The notes under the pieces are model-generated. The model did no database searches. It was not told the DNA's origin and saw nothing but the letters and a program-made list of their open reading frames with translations. From IMG/VR virus record IMGVR_UViG_3300005758_000133, positions 1 to 27,421 of that record: a stretch of 27,421 nucleotides of DNA. One strand, given 5' to 3'. The DNA comes from a virus (taxonomy: Duplodnaviria > Caudoviricetes). The position numbers and the translations under genes were made by a program. Position 1 is the stretch's first letter; every line of letters starts with the position of its first letter. Positions 27,294-27,421 of the stretch are shown piece after piece.

Positions 27294-27421
27294 TTTTATA
27301 GTTTATATTCATATACGACCTGATACAAATGAACCATTTTATGTTGGAAAAGGAGTACCTGGAAGAGAAATTAGAACATGCGGTAGAAACCAATACTGGC
27401 ATAATATTGTAAATAAAAATA
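27247..27421 (+). CDS. GIY-YIG homing endonuclease, 3'-truncated by the window
   Basis: MKNLNKNITRKKQNNNFIVYIHIRPDTNEPFYVGKG...RNQYWHNIVNK; frame open to the window end. Confidence 0.7.
   Translation, partial: MKNLNKNITRKKQNNNFIVYIHIRPDTNEPFYVGKGVPGREIRTCGRNQYWHNIVNKN

Noticed and set aside
1-27421. Stop-codon reassignment
   Set aside because: Genes tile densely under the standard code. The TGA stops (11164, 11961, 16443) coincide with next-gene starts or promoters, and the oxidoreductase truncation is at TAA.

Overview
AT-rich, gene-dense segment with every credible gene on the + strand, most consistent with a large (jumbo-type) tailed dsDNA phage. A Bacteroidota-type promoter and A-rich, Shine-Dalgarno-less starts suggest a Bacteroidota (Flavobacteria-like) host. 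Layout: (1) 1-9755 baseplate/tail structural module rich in S/T-G-S motifs; (2) 9760-11961 GIY-YIG nuclease, DnaG-type primase and PD-(D/E)XK exonuclease; (3) 11958-27104 a long array of mostly small or modular proteins, many with a shared amphipathic N-terminal leader (MKKSELKQLIKEEI / MIKLxDxL...E) and domains separated by L/I-x-E sites. These include two tandem Pol-beta-like nucleotidyltransferases, an HxGH transferase, a zincin, a nuclease, a cupin, a ferritin-like and a histone-H1-like protein; (4) a candidate structured RNA, GIY-YIG homing endonucleases and a truncated or split FAD oxidoreductase. A recurrent ATATTTAT(A) element precedes many genes and is a probable late promoter. Main hypothesis (inference, no searches run): a capsid-targeted, prohead-protease-processed polyprotein cargo system that delivers enzymes into the host with the DNA.
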